Shown: positions 1-9,874 of the stretch, in pieces
Position numbering within the stretch: position 1 is the stretch's first letter
Layout of the letters: every line of letters begins with the position of its first letter
From: Octopus bimaculoides
Taxonomy: Eukaryota
Direction: 5' to 3'
Assembly (NCBI RefSeq): GCF_001194135.2
Contig: NC_069002.1
Location: 3,189,754-3,224,570, forward strand
Length of the DNA stretch: 34,817 bases
The notes under the pieces: model-generated
Database searches by the model: none
What the model was told of the DNA's origin: nothing
What the model saw: the letters and a program-made list of their open reading frames with translations, nothing else
Made by a program: the position numbers and the translations under genes

Positions 1-161
1 TGACATCGAAATCACGCGTAAAAGGCTCCTTTCCTCAGAAAAGAAAAGATTTAGCTGCTATTTCTAGTACGCCCTACTACCACGTAACAGGTATTTCGGG
101 TCCTTTATCGCAAATAGCTGTTACGTGGCCGCAGGGCGTGATAGAAATAGCAGCCAAATCC
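1..161. repeat. Palindromic dispersed repeat (second copy at about 26905-27068; probably the internal part of a non-autonomous Helitron)
   Basis: Near-identical to 26905-27068. About 40-bp imperfect inverted arms (atttagctgctatttctagtacgccc...ccacgtaac / gttacgtgg...gggcgtgatagaaatagcagccaaat) flank a conserved 31-nt spacer. Confidence 0.7.
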
Positions 162-285
162 CTCCAAGGCACAAGGTTGGTTATGGAAGGCCAGCAGTCA
201 CCCATGCATACCAGCTTCCCCTATCCACGCCCTAAGGCCGATACAGCTTGGCACCAGTGACGTCGCAGCTCATTTATTAATGTGC
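162..285 (-). mobile_element. SINE 3' body fragment (same family as 34365-34817)
   Basis: Reverse complement matches 34490-34620 and 34716-34790 (cactggtgccaagc.gtatcggcc; ctggtatgcatggg.gactgct.g; cttgtgccttggaggg). Confidence 0.6.
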
Positions 286-550
286 AAGTGGCTGAGCACT
301 CCACAGACACGTGTACCGTTAACGTAGTTCCCGCAGAGATTCAGCGTGACACAGAGTGTGACAAGGCTGGCCCCTTTGAAACGCAGGTACAACAGAAACA
401 GGAAGAAAGTTGTGGTGAAAGAGCACAGCAGGGTTCATCACCACCCCCTGCCAGAGCCTCGTGGGGCTTTAGGCGTTTTTGCTCAATAAACACTCGCAAT
501 GCCCTGTCTGGGAAATGAAACCACGATCCTAGGACCGCGAGTCCGCAGCC
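286..550 (-). mobile_element. tRNA-derived SINE, 5' head cut by the assembly gap
   Basis: Minus strand reads ggctgcggactcgcggtcctaggatcgtggtttcatttcccag (tRNA anticodon arm and B-box-like), followed by a non-coding body. Confidence 0.55.
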
Positions 551-614
551 NNNNNNNNNNNNNNNNNNNNNNNNNNNNNNNNNNNNNNNNNNNNNNNNNN
601 NNNNNNNNNNNNNN
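551..614. other. Assembly gap (N-run), followed by (AG)n at 615-654
   Basis: N characters; microsatellite seen directly. Confidence 0.99.
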
Positions 615-656
<42 letters not shown>

Positions 657-780
657 TTCGAAGACAGTGGCTCCCATAAATACCAAAATAAAATTTGGGA
701 TTTATGGAGGGTCAAAGTTGGGAACAAAAACAGGACAGTGGAGAAATCGAACGAAAACAAACATAGAGGGTCGTTAGACT

Positions 781-1000
781 AGAAAGGAGAGCTGGTAGAA
801 TCGTCAGCACGCCGGAGAAAATGCTTAGCGGTATTTCGTATGTCTTTACGTTCTGAATTTAAATTCCTCCCAGGTCGACTTTGCCTTTCATTCTTTCGGG
901 GTCGATAAATTAAGTACCAGTTGCGTACTGGGGTCGATCTAATCGACTGGCCCCCTCCCCAAAAATTTCGAGCTTTGGGCCTCGTGTAGAAAAGAAAAGA
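781..1000 (+). mobile_element. tRNA-derived SINE, family A
   Basis: A-box-like tggtagaatcg and B-box-like gaatttaaattcc. Body (gtcgactttgcctttca..cggggtcgataaattaagtaccag) is shared with 25158-25387 and the minus-strand copies at 21050-21540. Confidence 0.8.
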
Positions 1001-1061
1001 ATATATATATGTGGGGGGTGGGGGTGAAAGTAAAATAAACATAAATAAAATGGATACACAC

Positions 1062-1069
<8 letters not shown>

Positions 1070-1105
<36 letters not shown>

Positions 1106-1169
1106 ACGTACGTACGTATGTATACAGATATATGCATGGGATGTTTTTTTTTTGTAACTGTGCAAAGGC

Positions 1170-1203
<34 letters not shown>
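1070..1203. repeat. (TG)n and (AAT)n microsatellites
   Basis: Seen directly. Confidence 0.95.
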
Positions 1204-1204
<1 letters not shown>

Positions 1205-1732
1205 AGGTGACATACATGCACTGTAACGTATCAATCAAAACATAATATCGTAGGCGTACCTTTTTGATGATATTATGCATAAAAAAATATCAGAAACGTG
1301 TATAAAACTTTATTCAAAGTATGTATGTAAGCAATATTATCAAATATTTTCACTTGGGTCCTATCTCCAAAATGGAAATACTCTTTTAAAAGTGATTTCA
1401 ATACAGAGAATGACGCAAGTACAAAAATAATCCGCAATGTTTTGGGTCTCGTGACATTCGGTTTTTTTTTTTTTTTCATCAATTTTCTTTAATTTCTTAG
1501 ATGGCTTACGTTGTAAATATACAGTTGTATTACAAAATAAATATGGGAGTGAACTCCTGTCAATATTTGCCCAGAGTTGCTCCCCTTGTAAATTAAATTT
1601 CTCCTTTTTATCATTTTTATTTTTATTTTCAAATTTAATCGGAAACCGTATTTCCGATTAAATACCGTCTCGATTAATTTTGTAAATAACGAAAAATCTA
1701 CTAAATTAATTTAATTATATTATTCTGAAGAC

Positions 1733-2040
1733 NNNNNNNNNNNNNNNNNNNNNNNNNNNNNNNNNNNNNNNNNNNNNNNNNNNNNNNNNNNNNNNNNNNN
1801 NNNNNNNNNNNNNNNNNNNNNNNNNNNNNNNNNNNNNNNNNNNNNNNNNNNNNNNNNNNNNNNNNNNNNNNNNNNNNNNNNNNNNNNNNNNNNNNNNNNN
1901 NNNNNNNNNNNNNNNNNNNNNNNNNNNNNNNNNNNNNNNNNNNNNNNNNNNNNNNNNNNNNNNNNNNNNNNNNNNNNNNNNNNNNNNNNNNNNNNNNNNN
2001 NNNNNNNNNNNNNNNNNNNNNNNNNNNNNNNNNNNNNNNN
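1733..2040. other. Assembly gap covering the promoter/5' UTR and first base of the C12orf57 start codon
   Basis: N-run ends immediately before TG GCT GCC TCT. Confidence 0.95.
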
Positions 2041-2082
2041 TGGCTGCCTCTGGTCAACATTTTTCGAGCGAAGACTGCAAAG
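2040..2082 (+). CDS. C12orf57: C12orf57 coding exon 1 (nTG-AASGQHFSSEDCK)
   Basis: Donor AAAG|GTAGGG at 2083. Phase-1 join gives K-V-V-L-N-E-I as in orthologues. First base is N. Confidence 0.82.
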
Positions 2083-4837
2083 GTAGGGAAATATCCAAAT
2101 GTAGCTTTTAAATCTGTCTCTATGTTGCTGCCATTTCGCTGAAGAATTATTATGGAATTCGGGGTAATCTTTCAGTTTACGGTGTTTAAAAGAGTAAATA
2201 GAAATGAAGCCTAAATGACGGAATCTGCCCTCACGAAGTGATTGTGCACCTGGAGAACTTTGTGGATGCCACAAATGAGGACGTCCACACGCAAAATGTG
2301 GAGAATATGTGGATGCGGGTGAAAAGAAAATTACGGCGACAATTTGGAACGCCGGATAATTTATTTGTGTCATATTTACACGAATTCATATGGAGGAATT
2401 CTGTTCCAAAATAAAAGACTTTCGTTCACTTTTTGGTGGCTTATAGCCCCAGGTCTACTTTGGTTTAACAGTTGACTATTTCCCCACCCCCTTATTATTT
2501 CCCCTTTCATTTTTTTACTTTTTAAACACTCTAAACTGAAAGATTGCCGAATTCTGTAAAAGAAACGACAGTTTGGGTACTTATGATGTGCTGCACCGAA
2601 TTCCTGACTGAAAGTATTAACCATTATTCTTTGTTTGTTTCAACCATTGGGTAGTGGCCATGCTGGGTCATTATCTTAAAGGAGGCTTTAGTCGAACAAA
2701 TCGCCCGCAGTTCTTATGTCTTGTTTGTTTTAAGTCTGTTACTTATTCTATTGATGATCTTTTGTCGAACCTCTAAGTTACGGAGACATAAACACACAAA
2801 CACAGATTATCGGAGACAGACAGAAAACAGACACACACAAAGAAGTGTGTGTGTCTGTGTGTAATGAACTGCTTTCCTTTTTCAGCTACCCAGGTCCACT
2901 CACAAGGCTTTGATCGGTGCCCAGCGCTAAAGTAGAAGACACTGAACCCGAAACCATATGATTGGAAGGCTCAGCTTTATAATTAATTGAAATTTCGGCA
3001 TATGGGGTTTGTGTATGAATATAGTTGACATGAAATCCTGAAACCGAAAACAAAATATTATTCGCCTTTTTTATTATTTTATTTCTTTTTTACTTAACGG
3101 TAGGAATAAAAATACTTTAATTTAAAAAAAAAAAACATGTTTGTTACGTAGAGAGGAACATATTTTGTTAATTTACAGGTATTTCAATTAGAAACACCTT
3201 TTGTTTTTTACTTGTTTCAGTCATTTGACTGCGACCATGCTGGAGCCCCACTTTGAAGGATTTTAGTCGAATAATCGACCATAGGACTTTTTTTCTTTTA
3301 TTTTTTGGAAGCCAGGAAATTATACTAATAACAATCCTTTCTTATATAGGCTCAAAGCCTGAAATTGGGTGGGGTGGGGGGTTTAATTGATTCCATCAAC
3401 CCTCATTTCTTCAACTAAACCCCATAAGGGATGAAAGACAAAGTCCTTTGGCAGGATTTGAACTCAAGACATAAAGCTAGAAAAAAAATAATAATAAAAT
3501 TGATAAAGTCATGATTTAGACAATTTGTTTGTTTTGTTTCAGTGGTACTTAACGAAATCCTTGACACGCTGAACAAGGAAGAGAATGTAGCTCAATTAGA
3601 CGAAGCTCGAGAGAGTGCTGGCAATGACATGTTGAAAACTATGCAGCTTGTTTTCCCGTTAGCAACACAAATTGAAATGGGTATCATTGAAAAATACGGA
3701 TTCCCAGGAAATGGAGAAGGTATGTCACCATTTGTTGTTTGGCCCCAGGTCAGCCTTCCCTGTTGAGCAGATCTGAGATTCGATAATCAACAGTGATCCA
3801 ATTGTGTTTGTCTGTCCGTCCGTCTCATCAATGAGTCTGTGTTCAATCGTCAGTTACAGCTGATTTCGTTACTTTCATGTTTTTTGGGGTTTTTTTTTAT
3901 CTCAAGAGTGATTTTCTTTGCTATCCATTTTATTAGTTCATAAACTGTATATTTTGGGGATGAGACTAATCTCCCCATCCACTCTGGAAAGCATTGGAAC
4001 ATCTAGACCCTGTGATATATTACAACTGAGTCTGCTCAAGCTAGGCCCTTGACCCTTTTGTTACCATATTTCTGATGGAATTCTTTTCCTTTGCTTGCTT
4101 CAACTAATTATGGAAACACAGTTCTATATTCAAGAGATGAGGAATTATTAACATTATTTACATTTGATGGATATTTGTCCTCATCTTTGTTGTTAACACA
4201 ACGTTTCAGCTGATATACCTTCCAGCCTTCATCAGGTGTCTTGAGAAAATTTTGAACATGGGTTCTCATTCCTAAGGTATTTTTTGATGTTATTATTAAT
4301 ACAGCTCTATATTATTATTATTACTATCATTCAGGTCACTGCCTGGAATCGAACTCGGAATCTTGGGGTTAGTAGCTCACGCTCTTAACTACTATGCTAT
4401 ATGCCCGTGGGCACATGGCGGGCTACTAACCCCAAGATTCCAAGTTCGATTCCAAGTAGTAACCTGAATAATAATAATGTCTTGGTGTGGATTTGAACTC
4501 AGAGCACAAGGAATCCAAGCAAACACCACTAGGCATTCTGATTAATGCTCTTACAAATCTGCCTATTTACTGGCACTAACTGTATATGTCTCTCATAACT
4601 AATTTACATTCTTATTTATCTTTTGCTTTAGGTTTGGTGCGCTTTACTCAGCTGGTCAAGTCGTACGAGAAGTACAACCTTGAAATCTCTCAGTTAAACG
4701 AGAAGCTACGGGCAATACTTATACCTCCGCTGCCCCTGCAACCACCTCCAACAACAAGTACAACAGCAACTGTTACAACAACAACCGCTGCTGCTGCTGC
4801 TGCACCTGCACCAGAAGAAACAACCATAGTCTCATAG
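2040..4837 (+). CDS. C12orf57: Protein C10 (C12orf57/GRCC10 orthologue), join(2040..2082,3543..3719,4632..4837), 141 aa
   Basis: Spliced product (M)AASGQHFSSEDCKVVLNEILDTLNKEENVAQLDEARESAGNDMLKTMQLVFPLATQIEMGIIEKYGFPGNGEGLVRFTQLVKSYEKYNLEISQLNEKLRAILIPPLPL... matches the C10 family pattern (AKVVLAEVI...MDEARDNACNDMGKMLQFVLPVATQIQ...YGF...GEGVLKFARLVKSYE). Both introns are GT-AG, phase 1/1; total 426 nt. Confidence 0.93.
2208..2414 (+). mobile_element. Merlin/IS1595-family DDE transposase C-terminal fragment in C12orf57 intron 1
   Basis: Frame starting at 2223 reads ICPHEVIVHLENFVDATNEDVHTQNVENMWMRVKRKLRRQFGTPDNLFVSYLHEFIWRNS. This fits the H..NFVD...VHTQ.IE..W...K....YL.EF.WR signature. Confidence 0.85.
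2640..2975 (-). mobile_element. Composite tRNA-SINE, family C/D (diverged)
   Basis: Shares ggccatgctgg, tagtcgaacaaatc, taagttacgg.gac.taaacac and gaacccg.aaccat.tg with the 30708-31090 copy. Confidence 0.65.
3543..3719 (+). CDS. C12orf57: C12orf57 coding exon 2
   Basis: Acceptor ttttgtttcag|TG, donor GAAG|GTATGT. Confidence 0.95.
4113..4478 (-). mobile_element. tRNA-headed non-autonomous retroelement with hammerhead-containing Penelope-like tail and inverted head duplication
   Basis: Minus strand: head gggcatatagcatagtagttaagagc...ccgagttcgattccagg (A/B boxes), (AAT)n spacer, then a tail about 90% identical by eye to 27700-27791. An inverted head copy lies at 4409-4478. Confidence 0.75.
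4195..4240 (-). ncRNA. Minimal type I hammerhead ribozyme motif (PLE type)
   Basis: GACAC-CUGAUGA-A-GGCUG(gaagguauau)CAGCU-GAAAC-GUU-GUGUU. It has the full core, a 5-bp stem I, a stem II (GCUG/CAGC plus a G-U closing pair) and a loop-less palindromic stem III (AACGUU). Confidence 0.72.
4632..4837 (+). CDS. C12orf57: C12orf57 coding exon 3
   Basis: Acceptor tttgctttag|GT; LVRFTQLVKSYE; stop TAG at 4835-4837. Confidence 0.93.
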
Positions 4838-6039
4838 AGAAAAACACATACGCATACACAGACAAACACAGTCACATAAATAATTAGAAGCTTTTCTCTT
4901 TTTTTTTTTGTGATTTAATCAAAAGAAGGGTGGTGCTTGTGGCCCTTTTGAGTTTTTCCCTGATAAGTAAGGATATTCAGGTTGGAAACTTATATTTGTA
5001 CATATATATATGTACAATTATATATATATATATAAAATATTTGGACCTCAGGTATATGGTTAGTTGTATGCCGATTAAAGCATTTTCACCGTTTAGGCTA
5101 TCTGATGTCATTCACAGTTATGATATGTCACTGGGTCTACGTCAGGAATTTTGTTGTGTTCATTGAGTTTAAAATGAATGAGGGAAACAGAAAATGGACT
5201 TAAGAAGAATTTGGGTTGAATAAAGATTCTTGCTAACTCCAATTTCCATTTCCTTCATTCATTATGTGTGTGTATGTAACAGGCTTCGTTCGGTTTCTGG
5301 CGACCAAATATACTCTCAGCTTCAGATAATGATGTCCCTGTTACTCAAATTAAAAAAAAAACAGGACAGTCACTCTTGGGTTGTCTTTCATCATTGGTCT
5401 GGACTAGCCAGGAGATAAACAACAATATGGCCCAAATTGTTGCAACAGACTGGACTTGTCTAGAGGTATCCAATGGCCACATGGTTAAGTTTAACCAGGG
5501 TAGGAGATTAAATTTACCACCTGTAAAATCTATAATATAATAAGGATTTTAATATGCTACTTACCTACATGCAAAGACAAACACATTTTTATCTCACCCT
5601 ATAACATTTGGATAACTTCATCATATATAATGCTTATATACATTCACATTTTATAAGATCAATCATGTATTATCTCCTCATAGCTTTGAGATTTTGAAGA
5701 TGTGTTTATTTTGAAAATGACGTTGCAAGGTTACCAAGCTTGACAGACATTTTTTTGTCAACCACCTCTATGTAAAGAATTGTTTTCAGGCAAGAAATTT
5801 TGTGAACGAGATGTAATATCGCTTCAGCTAATATGTGAGTATATACACAATACATGTATATATATAAAATAAATGTACTTTATTTAAAATTCTATGTTCC
5901 TTTTGCCTTGTTTATAAAATGAATTTGCAGGTGACAACACTTAGTAAAGCTTTGCATTTATCCTCATCATCATCAATGTGCATTTTTTTTTCGTGGGTCA
6001 CACAATTCATTGAGGTAGATTTTCTATCGCAGGATGCCT

Positions 6040-6192
6040 TTCCTGTCACTTACTCTTAGGAAGGACATCCAGCTGTAGAAACATTGCCAGATCAGATTGG
6101 AATCTGATGCAGCTGCTGGCTCTCCAGACCTCAGCCAAATTGTCCAACCCATGCCAGCATGGAAAACGGACGTTAAACGATGATGATGATGG
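6040..6192 (+). mobile_element. SINE family B 3' part with (GAT)n tail (related copies at about 13340-13435, 14450-14640, 15478-15670 and 33425-33620)
   Basis: Shared catccagctgtagaaac...cagattgga...tgcagc...ccaacccatgccagcatggaaaacggacgttaaa(c)gatgatgat. Confidence 0.7.
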
Positions 6193-6594
6193 CACACACA
6201 CTCACCAATCTTCCACTGCACCCAGAAACTTAGGCACCTCCAACTTCCTGTCTAGCCACACAATCAAAGAAATTTCTCTTCCTAAAGGAATTGCTTCTTG
6301 CTGAGCAACCGATCTTATCCATGATAACCATTGCTAGCATGGTGAGGAAAGACTTTCCTGCAGGGGCAATGGCTAGTCTTCCACAAAAATATCTTGTCCA
6401 TTTCTGTAAATGTGTGTATGTAGAAACAAATCCAGTCTTCACTGACTGAGACCCTCATCACACCTTGTTGTATGTTAAGCCAGACAGCATCAAAGTAAAT
6501 GATGTGGAACAGTCACTGCTGGGCTGTCTTTGATCATTGGCCAGGAATGACCAAGGGTTAAATAATAACAGTAACAACATTTACAAACAAATCA

Positions 6595-6604
6595 TTTATT
6601 TATT
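6595..6604 (-). promoter_or_regulatory. Putative MRPS2 polyadenylation signal (two overlapping AATAAA)
   Basis: Plus-strand tttatttatt about 55 nt beyond the stop codon. Confidence 0.5.
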
Positions 6605-6656
6605 GCTTCAACTACATTCCAAAAACTGCAAAAGAAAAATAAGAAGAAAAAGGTCC

Positions 6657-7309
6657 CTACATCAATTTACTTTCATCCTGCTTCCGTTTTTCTTTACCAA
6701 TTAGAATCGCAGACTTGAAGAGGTCAAGATAGAGTTCTATGGAAGCTGGAGAGTCATCATTGCCAGGTACAGGATATGTGATGAGTCGAGGATCTGTGTT
6801 AGTGTCGACGATTCCAATTGTAGGAATACACATTTTAGCACTGTCTCGGATGGCTGTGTGTGGCTCAAAGACTGTGCTTAAAGTACTAATAAAAATCACA
6901 AGATCTGGCAAACGTGTGGTGGCACCAAACATCACTTTCGAATTCGTAAAGATCCCACCACCCCATTCACGGCAGTTTGCATATTCTCCGCACTCTCTTG
7001 CCGTCCGTTCTATTATAGGCATCATCTGGATGTGGCGACTCATGAACAGAATGATGCCTTGCTGGTAAGCTATGTGTGCTGTGAAATTTAAAGCACTCTG
7101 GAACAAAGGTAGCGTCTTTTCAAGGTCGATGATGTCAACATCCAGCCGGTTTCCATAAATGTATGGAAGCATGTAGGGACTACGGAGTCCCTTTTTGTGA
7201 CCAAAGTGAACCCGACTGGAGAAAAGCTTTTTAATGGTAACCAGTTTATGGACCCCAAAATAATCCTCTTCTTTTGGAACAGGAAGTTCAATATATCCAC
7301 CAGTCTCAT
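6657..7309 (-). CDS. MRPS2: MRPS2 last coding exon (S2 domain)
   Basis: Acceptor ttttttgtag|AT; open to TAG at 6659-6657. Confidence 0.95.
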
Positions 7310-9457
7310 CTACAAAAAAAGAAAAGAAATGGAATATATAAATATATATGCCTGTGTGTGTGTATGTATATATAAAGGTACATGGCTTAGTGGGTCAGGC
7401 ATTGTATTCACAAACACAAGATTGCAAGTTCAATTCCTGGATGAGGTGATGCGTTGTGTTCGTGAGCAAAACACTTCGTCTCTGCGATCACTTCAACACC
7501 TGAAATAGTGCACCTGTTCAGGCAACATTGGTTTGATGAAGGGAGCAAGCTATTGTACGGCACAAACATTTGATCACTTGAAAAAATACCATTAAGCATT
7601 TTACTCGGCATGCTAACGGTTCTATCAGCTCACCACCTTAATAATGATAATAATAACAGAAGTACAGAGAATTAGAATAGGGGCTGGGTGGCATATTCAG
7701 TAAAATGAAGAACCAGGGTGGAGATGGGTGGCAGGTGTAATTACTTGCATATCTTAAATGGTTGTATTCCAGTGACTTAGAAACCAGCATGAAAATAAAA
7801 GCATAAGAAAAATTAAAGTTACCTGATTTGACAACAGAACTTTGTTCTTCATGAATAGGATTCGTTTGAGAGACTGACGAGGAGAATCTCGTAGGAAAAG
7901 GTAATTTCTGTGATAAGGGGTTCACATTGTTTACACGGCAGCAGTTTTCTGAAAAAAGGAAAAAAGAGAAATATCATCATCATCAACATTCACATCATTA
8001 TTTAATGTCCATTCCCCATGCTGGATTGGGTTGAATGGTTCAATAGGATCTAATGAGCCAGAGAATAGCATCAAGCTCCAATGTCTGCTTTGGCAGGGTT
8101 TCTATGCTTTTACGTGCCACCGGTACGAGGGCCAGGGTCCATCGGTTGTCAAGCGATAGTGAGGGAACAAACATATACACCCAGATAACGGGCTTCTTTC
8201 AGTTTCCGTCTACCAAATCCACTCTCAAGGCTTTGGTCGACCAGTGGCTATAGTAGAAGACACTTGCCCAAGGATCCATGCAGTGGGATTGAACCCGGAA
8301 CCATGTGGTTGGGAAGCAAGCTTCTTACCACACAGCCACTCCTGCGCCTTGTTTTTATATTTGTTTGTCCCCCCGCCACCGCTTGACAACTAGTGTTGGT
8401 GTGTTTACGTTCTTGTAACTTAGCGTTTAGGCAAAAAAAAACCGATAGAATATGTACCAGATTTAACAAAAATAAGTACTGGGGTCGATTAGTTCAACTA
8501 GGGGTTCTACAACATGGTGCCCCAGCATGGCCGCAGTCTAATGCCCGAAATAAAAGATACATACATGCTTATAGAATATATATTTATACATAAATATGCA
8601 TGCATATATATGTGTGTGGGTGTATATTTTATATATACGTGTGTGTGTGTGCGTAAATATAGATTATGCATATACTATATATATATACATATATATATTT
8701 ATACACGCATGCAAGTATATGTATGTATATATACATATAAATATATGTGTGTGTGTGTGTAGATGTCAATACATTTATGTATACAGATGCATGTACACAT
8801 GTAAAGGAAATGTGTTATTCCCACCACAAATTCCCTGTGTTTCTGTGTATCAGGGACTTCGAACGACGACTCCTAATGTGTCCTTCGGTGTCTTAAGACG
8901 GTAAAATATGATTTGAGGAAGATTCAATCCTTTGGTCTACCTTTCTTTCTTTGCAGGCATAGTTTCTCAAGAACTACATCTCTTGCTTTTTCTTCATTTA
9001 AAACGGCAGAGTATGACTGTTATTTCTAACAAGGCGAGTTACCGCATAGAGGATGGATCTTCCTCGTTGATTCAACCAGAGTGCAGAAATAGATACGATT
9101 ATTGGATATAAAATTATTTGCTTCATTTAAAAATACAGAAGTGATGTGAGAAGGCTGAGAGAATGTAGTAGAATGAGGAAAACCCCTTGGTAAAATCATC
9201 AGTTTTTTTAATTAAATCAAAATAAATGTGTGACCTTTTCGATGGATTCTAAGAAATTATAAACATTTGAACACGCATAGTACACAATAGTTTAAATGAC
9301 AAAAAAATAATAGAGAACAGTGTATTATGGTTACATCTGCAGTGTGCATTAAGAACAGAAGAAAGAGAAGGAAAATGATTAATTTACGTGTTAAGGTAGC
9401 AGAAATATAATGAAATGCCTGTTTGGGATAAATAACTTTGGTAAAAAGCGAAGACAT
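6657..9457 (-). CDS. MRPS2: Mitochondrial ribosomal protein uS2m, complement(join(6657..7309,7823..7948,9388..9457)), about 282 aa
   Basis: Last exon encodes DYFGVHKLVTIKKLFSSRVHFGHKKGLRSPYMLPYIYGNRL...RLPDLVIF...IPTIGIVDTN.DP..ITYPVPGNDDSP (ribosomal S2 signature). Upstream exons give a presequence-like N-terminus, MSSLFTKVIYPKQAFHYISATLTQNCCRVNNV. Total 849 nt in frame. Confidence 0.88.
7823..7948 (-). CDS. MRPS2: MRPS2 coding exon 2
   Basis: Acceptor cttttttcag|AA and donor TCAG|GTAACT; 126 nt, phase 1/1, open (NCCRVNNVNPLSQKLPFPTRFSSSV...). Confidence 0.78.
8180..8560. mobile_element. Two SINE family C/D halves in opposite orientation
   Basis: 8180-8345 is the minus-strand tRNA head (cf. 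30930-31090). 8355-8560 is the plus-strand 3' half ending cagcatggccgcagtc..atg..cgaaa. Confidence 0.7.
9388..9457 (-). CDS. MRPS2: MRPS2 putative coding exon 1 (mitochondrial targeting peptide)
   Basis: ATG at 9457, 70 nt, phase-1 donor ACAC|GTAAAT. Chosen on frame and composition only; an in-frame upstream ATG at 9526 also exists. Confidence 0.6.
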
Positions 9458-9874
9458 ATTTCCTTTCGTCAACACATGCCTCCTAGGGTTAGAGCTAGTT
9501 ACTTCCCTTGGTACAAGCTCTTTCATTTAAACCGCGAGATGTCACTACATGTGCTACGGTTCAATGAGGGTCGGCCTTCACCTTCGACCCTGCTAGAAAT
9601 AGTAGCTAATTTTCCTTCATATTATATTCCAACGGTCCTCAAGCTTCTTTGCACCACGGACCGGTGTAATTTTCCCAGGGACAGGAGGGGAAATAATGCA
9701 CATAACTAAAAAGGGCAAAATATATAATTTAATTATTACATATATATATAAAGAATGAATGGAGAATTATACATCTTCAAAATTTGTTTATTACAGTATT
9801 ATTCGCATTAAATTCCAATCCGATACGTGTTTCTGCTGGATAAGTGTCTTAATCTCCTTTTATGTAGCATTTAA

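Noticed and set aside
1250-3540. U7 snRNA near C12orf57 (human RNU7-1 lies beside C12orf57)
   Set aside because: No U7-type Sm site (AAUUUGUCUAG-like) followed by a 3' hairpin on either strand in the sequenced part. The gap at 1733-2040 cannot be assessed.
4330-4407. Functional tRNA gene
   Set aside because: The acceptor stem is not complementary and the sequence runs into a retroelement body, so it is a SINE head. The same applies to the other tRNA-like heads in the window.
6739-7068. 109-aa plus-strand ORF
   Set aside because: Antisense shadow of the MRPS2 coding exon; 21939-22259 is likewise the shadow of ZZZ3.
8880-9030. Possible LINE C-terminal remnant (KKGRPKD on the minus strand) or extra MRPS2 exon
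   Set aside because: Similarity is too weak, and the candidate donors there are in the wrong phase for MRPS2.
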